Shown here piece by piece: positions 12,273 to 23,211 of a DNA stretch of 64,000 nucleotides. A program made the position numbers and the translations under genes. The DNA is taken from contig MU626289.1 in NCBI GenBank assembly GCA_025603075.1, positions 84,086 through 148,085 on the forward strand, read 5' to 3'. This DNA comes from Neoconidiobolus thromboides FSU 785 (lineage: Eukaryota; Fungi; Entomophthoromycota). The number at the start of each line of letters is the position of its first letter. The stretch's first letter is position 1. The notes beneath the pieces are model-generated. The model saw only the letters and a program-made list of their open reading frames with translations, made no database searches and was not told the DNA's origin.

Positions 12273-13482
12273 ATGAAGTTTAGTATTAATGGTTTAAACG
12301 AATGTAGTTGTAAATTAAGTGATGAAAAGTGTAAAGAGTGTGTTATAAATGTAGACAATTCATTTAGCAATAATAATAAAGTAAGCGATATAAATGCTAA
12401 GGATTTAAATGATCAACCAATATTTCCATATACAAGGCCTAAAAGTAATGTAACAAGGCTTCGCGCTAGCTATTGGTCCGAATTCCTTACATCTAACAAT
12501 AGGACAGAGCGTAGGCTATTTTTATGCTTAAAATCTTTCATTTTAGCACAGACAGTGGGCATTATTTTCTTTGTTTTAAATATTTTATTAACTTATTTAG
12601 GCGATTAACTTGGCATTATTCATTATAAATTTAGTCAAACAGACATATATATCAAGTATAGTTATTGCTATTTTATTTATTCCAAAGACTATTTTTGGCA
12701 CTTTATCATCAAACAGTAATGGTAGAAAATATTTAGGAATTGTAATATTAATTAATAGCCAGTAGTTTAGTTTACTAATCTCACTTTAATAGCTTGCTTT
12801 TTTGATTATACTATGGGAATCATGGACTGCCTTTCATGTTACTTTATTAGTCTATCAATCCCGTGACGAAGCGTTAAAAATTTTAGTTGATGGTGTAATC
12901 GAAGATAAACCCCTTTTAATATCGATTTTATTATTATATGGAATTCATTTAATATTTTCAGTTATATTAATCTCGCTAGTTTTAATATGGTATTTAAGCC
13001 CAGCGTTCAATAATTCTAGTTGGGATTTAAATCCTTCAGCGTTCAATAGTAGGGAAACTGAAAGGGAGAGCGAAAAGTTAAATAAGCTGAAGTTGGCTTC
13101 AACCACAACCCCAAAGTCAGTTATTGATACTAATGATAATGGTAATAATATTTACCTAAAGCCAAATATGGATATCGAAACAAATATTAATAAAACAAGC
13201 GAAAAAATGAGGCCAGAATCCGATGTTCCAACCATACTTTTAGATCAAAGACTAAATCTATTAAATCCAAAAAGTTTAGAGGCAAGTCCACTTAATTCAA
13301 ATTTGAAGGATTTAGCAAACAACATAGATCCTTATTTAAATAATTTAAAGTATCAAATTAAGCTACAGTTGTTAAAAAGATACTCAGAGCCATTCGAAAA
13401 AGGCCTAGATTCAGACATCAAGAATTCTAGGTGGTCTGCTAATCCAGGTGAATTTAATAAGGAAGAATTTGAACATTCATAA
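12273..13482 (+). CDS. Hypothetical multi-pass membrane protein; exons 12273-12554, 12601-12741, 12793-13482
   Basis: Two short phase-0 introns (gtgggc..tttag, gtaata..taatag) join the ORF fragments into one frame with about 4 hydrophobic segments and a hydrophilic tail. No family recognised. Confidence 0.6.
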
Positions 13483-15302
13483 TAATCCAATTCTATCATT
13501 TAACATTAATATAACAAATTCAACTTATTTTAACTTATGCTAGTAGTTTCTAATAAAACAATTAATTATTTAGTGAATGAACCTATGTTTAATACTTGAT
13601 AACATTATACGAATATAATTACATAATTATATAATTATACTATATTTTTATATAGAAAAATAAAACCATTATTTAAAATTAATAAATATATAAAGTTTGA
13701 TCATAAGCTATTGCTACAGCAAAACCACACTTGAAACTTTTCTCAAAAAAAAGTCATTTATATGTACGGTGCAATAATGTACCTCTACAATTCAATATAA
13801 AATAGGTCATTTTAATTCTATTTTTAAATAATTTGTATATAATATATTAAGAAATATTCGGCAACCATCAAAATATTTTCCAAGATGACATATAATAATA
13901 AAATGGTATTTAATATTTCCAAAATAATATAAAATACCAGCATTAATTTATATTTATATATTTAAAGAAATCCTGAGCCTTATTGAGTAAATGCCTATTA
14001 GTTTGGATAGAATGATTAAAGAGAATTGATCATTTAAAAAGAACTATACAACTTTAACGATAGTCTTAAGACGCCTAATGGCCTATAAAGATCCTTTATT
14101 CTAGACAACAAGGTATTTGTAAATTAATATTTTTAAAAAGATATAAAAGTTATAAAAATATTTAAAAAAGCATGTGATGTGAAAGCGGATCAACTTTTTT
14201 TGTAGAATTTTATTCCCAAAGGCTCAAGAAATTTAAGATTAAATATAAACGTTGAAAGATAGCTCAGACCTTTTGTAGATAGAAATATTTATATATTATA
14301 GTGGTGCAATCAAATCACTTTCAGTCGAAGTATAATAATATTTGGATTTCTATGTAAGGTATAAAGCTGATATTAGAACTAGTAAAACATAATATATATA
14401 TTAGTTAAAAGTATGATTATTAATTTGTATTTAAAATTAAGTAACTTTTTTATAACATTAAACTATATTTCTGTAGATTGGACAAATTTATCAACAAACC
14501 TCAGTTTATTCTCAAACCTTTATCAGGTAATTTAGCATCTTTACACAGTATAATTTAGCTATTTCATATTATTTAAATATCATCATTAGATGTAATGAAA
14601 ATAGCTTATAGTGGAAAGAATATAATAACTATTCACTAAACAATTCTTTATAATCATGTTCTAAAGGTTTAATATAATACAACAGTTATATTTTACCAAG
14701 TCTAAGCATTTATTTTAAGGAAAATAGTAAAAATTAATGTGGAGAATTAATAACGAAATCATTGTATGTGGAATAATCAAAGTATTCATTCTATAAGAAT
14801 AAGTGAGTTAAAAGTTTCTAAATAGGCACAGTAAATGCTTGGTCAATATAATTTAAATCACTTAATAAGATAGTTTGGTATAGATAACTAGGTCATAAAC
14901 AAGTTTTTAAGCTTAGCAGTAATATTGTTAATGTGATTATATTGTTTACTTATTCTATCTTTTATCAAACCAATCTAAAATCTTTCTTAGGCCATCAAAC
15001 GCCCATGTACTAATTTTGAAATTTTTTAAAGCAATTGTCACTTTAACAAATATCGATTATAATACCAACTATAATATCAATTATGATATTGAATATTATA
15101 ATAACAAAGTTATTGCTATATTTGAATTGACCTCATTTTTAAGAATTATACTTATAAAATTTCATTTTTATACTAAACAAAATAACAGAGTCAATATTAA
15201 AAAATTAAGGTAATTTATTATAAAATAAATCTAAATGGGAAACGATGGGAAGGAGGAGGGATAAGCGAACGAGAGTAAATCTTATGATTTTATAAATAAT
15301 TT

Positions 15303-15986
15303 TTAATACAATTTGTTAACAATGCTGATATCTAAGTAGATTTTTATAAATTCCATGAGGCCACATGAAAAATAATAAATAGAGTCCCTTGACTCATGCT
15401 TAATTGTTGACATTAATTCAATTGCTGATGAATAATAATATGTGAACATAGGTCCTTTTATGTCTTCTGTTTTAAGCATTATCGACATTGAGCAAATTGA
15501 AAAAAATAAAAAGGATTCGGTAGGCGTAGGTGTACCGCATTGTAGTCTATTAATGATGTCATAAGTTATTGCATCTTCGTATACATGATTGATATTGGTC
15601 ATATAATATTCGAGTAAATCGTATTCTGATAATCCTATTGCTTGTTCGCTGTTGAAGGAAGTGACTGAACCTGGAGAATCTGGTAGCATTGAAACTGATT
15701 CAGGGGCTTCAAAAGCTCCTTGAGTGCTTAGCATATCTTGATTATGAAGATAGTAGCTATTATTACTAGTTGAATGGGATGGATAAGGAATGATAGATGG
15801 ATAAGTTGTGGTGATACTTAAATGAGATCCCTTTTTTGATTTGTTTTTTATGGTACTAGCAGATTTATTATGAGATTTAACACTATCAAACCTAGTGTTG
15901 ACAGATTTGTTATTAGGGGATTTATTTGAAACTTTAGCCTCGTAAGGAATGAAAACAGTGTTATTATACTCTTCAGTTAGGGTCAT
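15303..15986 (-). CDS. Intronless ~227 aa protein with a truncated fungal TF middle-homology-like module and no Zn2Cys6 domain (paralogue 2)
   Basis: Likely ATG at 15986 (MTLTEEY), with TATAAATA ~85 nt upstream. C-terminal PTPTESFLFFSICSMS..YYSSAIELM..RDSIYYF..YL. Confidence 0.8.
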   Translation of the reverse strand: MTLTEEYNNTVFIPYEAKVSNKSPNNKSVNTRFDSVKSHNKSASTIKNKSKKGSHLSITTTYPSIIPYPSHSTSNNSYYLHNQDMLSTQGAFEAPESVSMLPDSPGSVTSFNSEQAIGLSEYDLLEYYMTNINHVYEDAITYDIINRLQCGTPTPTESFLFFSICSMSIMLKTEDIKGPMFTYYYSSAIELMSTIKHESRDSIYYFSCGLMEFIKIYLDISIVNKLY

Positions 15987-17792
15987 TATGTATATTATGG
16001 TATTAAACACTAAATAATAATAATAAAACAAATAAGTTTAAATTTAATTTTTGTCTTTTCTTGCCTATTTATATCTCTTTTTTTTGTTATCAAAGCTTAT
16101 TTTTTATTAGTATAGGATTTGATGTAATAAAATGAAAACGACGGGCCTTAAATTGTAATTGGAAGTTACCAAACTTAATAAATTTTTATTTAGACTAAAA
16201 ATGTACAAAAATATTAAGATATTTAGAATGTAGTACAAATTATTATTATAAATAGGTCAGTCAATTAATAAGTATATCAAATGATTATAAAAATAATTGG
16301 TTGAAAATATTTTCAAGCTCTGAAATAGTACTTTATTGGCTATTTTGTATTAGTGAAAACCTGTTTGTTTTTTATTTAAATATAGACAGTGCTATTACTA
16401 TATTTCAATGCGTAACTTATTAACTTTAGATGTTGCGAATTAAAAATTCTGCAAGGTAATGTGGAAATTAGAAACCCAGGTTTGTAATTGATTCAAAATA
16501 AAAAGTATTTACAAGATTAAATACAAACAGGTAGAATCTGCAGATTTATTACAAAGATAGAGATTTATTATAAATATCCTTTATTACTTTGATAAACTTT
16601 TGGAAATCGATAAATCACTGCCTTACCACATGGGGTTTTGTACTTTTTTTAAATTTTTAAGAAAAATAATATTTAGAATATCACTATGCTCAATAACAGG
16701 TTTTTTATGACTTTATCTCGCTCAAATTTACTCGGAATTAATTATTTTTAAAAAATACTATCCTATAAAAAATTAGAGCAATTATTGGCTATTTTTACTC
16801 CCATATAAATTTTATCGCTGTTTTTTTTTTACTTTTTTCTTTGATTTAGTTAAATTACCTAATGCTTTATAATTATATTGATACTTATAATAAATAGATT
16901 GACAGTACTTTTTATACAAATTTAAAGGATTTCTATTAAATAAAAATAGACTAATATGCTATATCTATGGATGATTATTTGGTATGTGAAATAAAAGTGA
17001 AATAGTGTAATTAGAGATTCCCCAATTATTCCAAGCAACCTATTTAATGACATTAGTACTCAATCCAAGTTCGTTAAAGATAATTAGCTGAGCTTAAAGT
17101 GGGAAGGAATTATGCTGGATATTATAAGCCATAAAATGCTATTGAGAGAAGCCGAAATATGGGTTTCTAAGTGCAGGGCCTTTGACTGCCTAATTCCTTT
17201 TAATGTTTAGTTGCTGAATAACTGATTTAAAGAATATACTGAAGGCCATTTAATAAATGTTATATTAGCAAACAGTTGAGCTTTAAAATGTAGTATTACA
17301 CTAAATACCACGTGCTTTTTGTGTAATCTTTTTCCGCTCAATTAGCTTGTTAAGGGAATTGAGCGCAATTTTTTGGCTTTCTTACATCCCAAATTTGACA
17401 AAGCATTTAAAATTATGGATAAGAATTAAGTCTATAAAAAGTAGATTATTACTCAAACGCGGTAATATTCGAAGATATAAATTAGAGGAAATTCTTTCAA
17501 AATTGAATACTATAATTATCAAACATGTTTAATTGTGGAAAATTAAAACAGAAATATAAACTTCTTTAAAGCCTTTAAGAATTATACTTAAAATTATCTT
17601 ATTAAGGTATATTTCGACTTTTGAACCTAAGGTATTCAACATAATAGAAAAGAAAATGACAATAGTATTACAAACAAAATAAACCCAGTCGTTATCAAAA
17701 AAACTAATTTTTAAATAGCTATACTTGTTATGCATATATGAAATCGGTATCTTACCAAAAAAGTAAGGACGATTCCTACTTTTACTTTGAAG

Positions 17793-17897
17793 ATATGGGG
17801 GTGCTTTTTATGGTTTCATCACTTTTTCCATCATTTAAGCACTATTTGAGTGGAAAAGCTATCACTAAAATTCTTAAATAAAAAAATCCATCCCCAT
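17793..17897 (-). mobile_element. ~105 bp MITE-like repeat, copy F
   Basis: atatgggggtgc...aagcactatttgagtggaaaag..taaaattcttaaataaaaaaatccatccccat. Confidence 0.8.
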
Positions 17898-18266
17898 CTA
17901 TTCTTTAAGGATAAAATATCTTTAAATGTAAATGAGGTATAAAAACAAGAAACCTATTTTTAGAACAAAGGATATATTGATTTTTATCTCATTACTTAAA
18001 ATTTATCATAACTTCTACAATCATTAAATTGTCTATTTTACAAGCATTATAAATATCCATTATATAAAGCGAAATCTTCCTTTTAAGTAAAGCTCTTTTA
18101 ATTACAAGTATATTTAACCTGACTTCTATGTATTTAGCTATTACTTTTTGGGACTTTATTTTCTGTAAACTATGAATTAAAGTGTCATTTTGAAAACATT
18201 ATAAACATTTACACAAAACTAAATAATTATTTTTAATTTCACTATTATTCTGCGTATTATTATTTA

Positions 18267-18301
18267 AGTTTAAAGTTTAAAGTTTAAAGTTTAAAGTTTA
18301 A
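18267..18301. repeat. Tandem repeat (AGTTTAA)x5
   Basis: Five perfect 7 bp units read directly. Confidence 0.9.
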
Positions 18302-18352
18302 ATCAAAGCAAATAAGAATATAAATAATCAGGATGTCTCTTTTTCTTCAAGA

Positions 18353-18540
18353 TCCGCTAACACATTTTCCACTCAATAGTGCTTAAAAAATGAAAAAAAA
18401 TGACAAAGTTAAAAAACACTCTTAATAATTTTAATAAAAATTCAATATACGGGGATGTATTTTGTTTAATGATTTTACTAACTTTTCTTCCAAATTGCAC
18501 AAAAAGCGGAAATAATGATGAAACCAAAATAACTTTATAT
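18353..18540 (+). mobile_element. Two partial or degenerate MITE-like copies (18353-18425, 18449-18540)
   Basis: ttttccactcaatagtgcttaaaaaatg..aaaaaacactc and ggggatgtattttgtttaatgattttactaac..ataatgatgaaaccaaaa. Confidence 0.65.
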
Positions 18541-19094
18541 TATAATCAAAAGTATTAATATTTAACGTGGTTTTTTAAGTGATAGCTATCATGAAGTTTA
18601 ATGTCTGATTTTAATATATTTAGATAAAATTGATCTTAGTTTTGATATTTATAAATAATTTTTGAAATAATTTTTACAAAGTTAAAATCATACATATTAT
18701 TAATTCAATTTGGTTTAAAGACTATAAATTTATTTGAACTTTTATACTTGTTTGAATAGTTTATGATAAAATATTAATATTATTTAATTTAAAATGCTTG
18801 TATTAGTTATAAAAAGCTAAATTTAAAAAAGTATATAAAATATAAAATTATAACAATAAGATCTAAATAAAAAACACAAAGCTGATATAATTAATAAACT
18901 TTAAGTTATATAATTAAAACTAATTTTAACTTATAAGCATAAAGTATAATAAAAAGTAAGTTATATAAAACATCACAAAAACAAAACATTTGTTGACAAA
19001 TTGTATAAAATAATAATAAATATAACAGAAATTTTAATTCAATTTAAAATTATAATGTTATAATAATTATTTTCAAAAGCACAATAATTTAATA

Positions 19095-19198
19095 ATATGG
19101 GGTACTTTTTTTGGCTTCACTTTTTCTATCTTTTAAGCACTATTTGAACGGAAGAATTGTTAGTAAAATTCTTAAACGCAAAAATACATTTTCCATAT
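19095..19198 (-). mobile_element. ~105 bp MITE-like repeat, copy I
   Basis: atatggggtac...ttgttagtaaaattcttaaacgcaaaaatacattttccatat. Confidence 0.85.
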
Positions 19199-20553
19199 AA
19201 TTAAGTTTTAAATGTTATATATATTCAGCTTTCTTTTATTTTAAAAAAAATAATGCGCTATTAAATCAATTTTTTATTTAAGTTGTAAGTTTATTAAACA
19301 TGTTAAAAATAAAAATAAAAATAAATTAAAATTACTAAGACATTTAATAATAATAAATCTTAAATAGTGACTTGCATTACTTTTTATTTTTGATATAATT
19401 ATTAGCATTTATAAAGAATTCATATCATTTTGGTAAATATATCAAAAATAATGTAAATTAAAAAAAACTATTAAGATTTAATATCAAACTTTTTGCAAAA
19501 TTCATAAGCTTAGCAGAGCTATTACAACTCTTTTACAGTTTTTAATGTTAATTTTTATAGTTAAATTGTTTGTATGATTAACTTTTTGACTAATTTTTAT
19601 ATTTTGATCTAATTTTAACACAAATATTTCTCTTAAATGAGCAGTTAGTTCGATCTCAAAAGAGATGTAACAACTATAATTTTAGAAGATTTAAATTTTG
19701 ATTAGTCATTTTATCTAGAATGACTAAGGTTGAATGTAAAGCGTAAAAATAAAGGTTAAGTTATTCTCACTATTAATTAGATATACATTTGATTGTTAAA
19801 TAATTTATAATTATTAAGCAATAATATAAAACTTTGATGTATTATTTTAATATAGTATTAGTATACACATATCAATGTATATTATAAATGTAATCATAGC
19901 TCATCTTAAACAATACTTTAGTTTGATTAATTGCTAAAAGTAAATACTATCTTATTTATAGTTTTTATTTGAGCACTTACCAAATGGAAGTTAAAATAAC
20001 ATTAACGTATATTAATTTCATATTGTATATTAAAGTAATAAACACTTTTATATTGATAACAGTATAATTATCAATGATAGAAATGTTTTATTTTAGTTAT
20101 TTAAAAGTGTTTAGTAATTTAAACTCTAAGATTGACTAAGCTCAGTATGCGTCATAATATGTCCGCTTTTGCTTGTCTTGACTTATTAATCATAAAGATT
20201 CATAGTTTCATAGATTATGACGTATTTGTTTGGCTACTGTTTTACCTTATCCATTTCCCACCTTGCAACTCAGATTTTGCTTGAATTTAATTTTATTAAA
20301 TCGATTGATTTTTCTTAGTGGTTTTTTTGACGCTGAGCACCTGCTAATGCTTGTAGTGATTAGATAAAAATAGATAGGAATCATTTAGCACCATACTTAT
20401 TATACCTATTTTAGTAAATTAAGTCAAAAATTATGTCACTATAAAATTCCGCAGTTGCTTAACTTGAAGTTTGAAATATCAGTTGTTCTTAACCAACCTA
20501 CCATTCAAGAGATTAACCACTTAGTTTGTTCATTATTAATAAATAAATATAAG

Positions 20554-20690
20554 CCATTGGCTAAGCATTGCTAATGAAATGAGACATCATTAATAATAAA
20601 ATCCAATCAGTAAGCCCATACCACCAATCAGAATCACTTAATACATATTGAACCAAATTATTTATTAATCAAGATACCATAGCCAATCAG
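20554..20690 (+). promoter_or_regulatory. Cluster of CCAAT boxes (three CCAATCAG plus one reverse CCAAT) upstream of the cyclin gene
   Basis: CCAATCAG at 20603, 20624 and 20683; attggct at ~20556. These fit the CCAAT-binding complex (HAP/NF-Y) consensus. Confidence 0.55.
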
Positions 20691-21616
20691 TTGAGGATCC
20701 TATGGAAAGAGATTAAACTATTTAATACCAGTCATTAGGAAGATAAAGTGCGATATTAACAATTGAAATTCCTCCTCCTCTTTTAAGTCAATCACCAATT
20801 TTCAAGAACTTACCACTTTAAGTTTATTACAATAAGTACTTAGCTAGTAAACCGCAGTTAACTACTAGGATTTAAAAAGAAAATTAACCTTCTCAAATAA
20901 AATATCTTCTCCTAGGTTCTCGCAGCATATTTTGCATAGAGCCTAATACAAGCAACTTTCAACAAAGCAAGCTTTTAATTTTTTCACTTTAATTTTATTT
21001 TTAGTATCAACTGCCCCCTGCGGCCCCAAACCAAGCGACTGTATTTTTTATAAGAGCCACCATGGCTTTTCTCCTTTGCTAAATTTTTTCAGTTTTTCCA
21101 GTATAATTTTTAAGAATCAGAACCTATCAAAGAACCAGGTTTATCTTGAGGATTTTCTTTTCGATTTATTAGATACAAAAAGCACTACACATTTACAAAC
21201 ACTTTACTTTAAGCCAACTAAACAAAAACAACACTTTCATTCTTTCCCTGACTGGTTAGACTTTTTCTATTTTCAACTCTATTCATCTGAGACTTCAGTA
21301 ACCCCCGTACCCTTACTTAAGCCTATCTACATACACACCCCTCCTACTCGTAAGAGACGCAAGGCCAATTTTAGTTTTATATTATATTAATCTAGGCCCT
21401 AATTTTTCACAGGTGGTATCCGTTTTCATTCATTTATCTTTTTATTGCATCTATTAGCTGCAAACAACAACTTTTTTGGCTGGTATTTTTTGTCCGTAAG
21501 TAACCCAGTGTTAATACCTCTAATTGATTGAAGAGTTTCCAAAGATTTATCTGGTTCAACTTTAACAACATCTTATAACTCTTCTTTTATAACAACAACA
21601 ACAACAAATTAATAAC

Positions 21617-22588
21617 ATGTCAGCCATAGATTTTTCATTAAAAACAATAGCTAGCTCAGAAGCCTCTTTTGAGGTTCCTGAGCTCCATGCTTCAGATGCT
21701 TATTCTTCTAGTTCAAACTCACACCTGCCTTCACCAGATAATTATATCTCACATGATAAACAAAACTACAATGGAGCAGAATCTAATACTCATGGATTAC
21801 CCACCCCATCATATCCTCAACAGCTTAAGAATGATAAGACTCACCCTTATTCTCGTATTGCTATCAAGGATCTTATTAATCCTGCTCATACAACTTCTGT
21901 CGCAGCTCAGAACAGAGATAAAAAACGTCAAGCTGGAGCTTCAACTTTAGAGCGATCTATTAGGAAAGGTCTTCAAATTGCTCAACAGCAAAAATATTGC
22001 CGCGCACCAACTTCCGGCTCCAACTCTAACCAAATGGTTAGTTGTCTTATAGATCTTGCAGTGATGACCATCGAACAGGTCTGGGGCCTAACTTCAAAAG
22101 GCTCCTCCAAAGATGATCGTAAGTCACTCCATCATTATGTAACTGAAATCTTTAAACGTTCTCGTGTTACTAAGACTGTCGTCCAAGTAGCTTTAATGTA
22201 TTGTCTTAAAGTTAAGGAAACCGTAGCTCTTACTCGCCAGGTTCTAATTACTAGAGTTGGTGAAAATGCTACCCAGAACGCGGCCTTTTGTGGTCGTAGA
22301 ATGTTCTTAGCTTCCTTAATTTGCGCATCAAAGTATCTCCAAGACGCCAATTTTTCAAACAAAACATGGGCAAAGATTGTTGGGCTTACCCCCATTGAGA
22401 CATCCCTTACAGAGGCATCATTTCTTCGTCTAATGGACTATAAACTCTATGTTAAAGAAGTAGAGTTTTATCCATATGCCAAATGTATCCTTGATCATGC
22501 CTCATTGAATAGTCCAGTATCTTCTTCAGCCTATTTTTTGATCCAAGAGCTTTTTCCAAAGGAAAGTAAGAAGCAGCGCCAAAGCTAG
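21617..22588 (+). CDS. Pho85-type cyclin (Pcl5/Clg1-like), intronless, 323 aa
   Basis: Cyclin box YVTEIFKRSRVTKTVVQVALMYCLK..CGRRMFLASLICASKYLQDANFSNKTWAKIVGL..E..FL..MDYKL. Confidence 0.9.
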   Translation: MSAIDFSLKTIASSEASFEVPELHASDAYSSSSNSHLPSPDNYISHDKQNYNGAESNTHGLPTPSYPQQLKNDKTHPYSRIAIKDLINPAHTTSVAAQNRDKKRQAGASTLERSIRKGLQIAQQQKYCRAPTSGSNSNQMVSCLIDLAVMTIEQVWGLTSKGSSKDDRKSLHHYVTEIFKRSRVTKTVVQVALMYCLKVKETVALTRQVLITRVGENATQNAAFCGRRMFLASLICASKYLQDANFSNKTWAKIVGLTPIETSLTEASFLRLMDYKLYVKEVEFYPYAKCILDHASLNSPVSSSAYFLIQELFPKESKKQRQS

Positions 22589-23211
22589 TTGCTTTTTACC
22601 TGCTTTTTTTAGCTCTATCAACAATTTATTTTTCTATCTTATCTAGTCTTTCTTTTTACTATTCGTCAAATATATCTTCAGAAATAATATAGGTTTCTAT
22701 TATAGTTTGTTTTATTTAAATATTAAAATGTTTATATTTGCTAAGGGTATTTTTATTTAATTTTGAATCATCTTTCTATAAAAGTTATAATTTTTAGCAG
22801 AAAAATTCCTTTGTAAAAAAGAAAAATTAAAGACTCAAGTTCCTTTAAAAGCTAAATCGTACTTTAGTTAAAAATGTTTTATTTTAATAAACAACTCCAT
22901 TTCAAATAAAGAACATTAGTACCGTTGTATTATTGAAAAAATATCACCTTATAATGCATACTTCAAACAATTTAAGAAAATTCTTAAGTGGACTCACCAT
23001 TCAATAGTTAAATCAACAGCCATCACTGGTGATAAATCGTTCTATCTTGGTTAGATCAAGTATTTAAATCGAAAAAATCAGCATTCTTTTTTTGAAACTA
23101 GTTTATTAATTTTCCAGCCAATAAAAATCCAAAAAAGATCAAATGAATTGAAGATCTCAAATTTTAACTATATAGAAATAATCTTATTATCTATAGATAT
23201 TTAATAACAAC

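Noticed and set aside
18267-18301. (AGTTTAA)5 as a possible telomeric or CRISPR-like repeat
   Set aside because: A short internal minisatellite with no spacers or G-rich strand.
21669-22395. Overlapping and antisense ORFs inside real genes (also 23539, 24275, 25981, 32358, 33372, 41364, 48867, 49487, 53647, 56665, 59468, 59928, 60987, 61878)
   Set aside because: Shadow frames of recognised CDSs.
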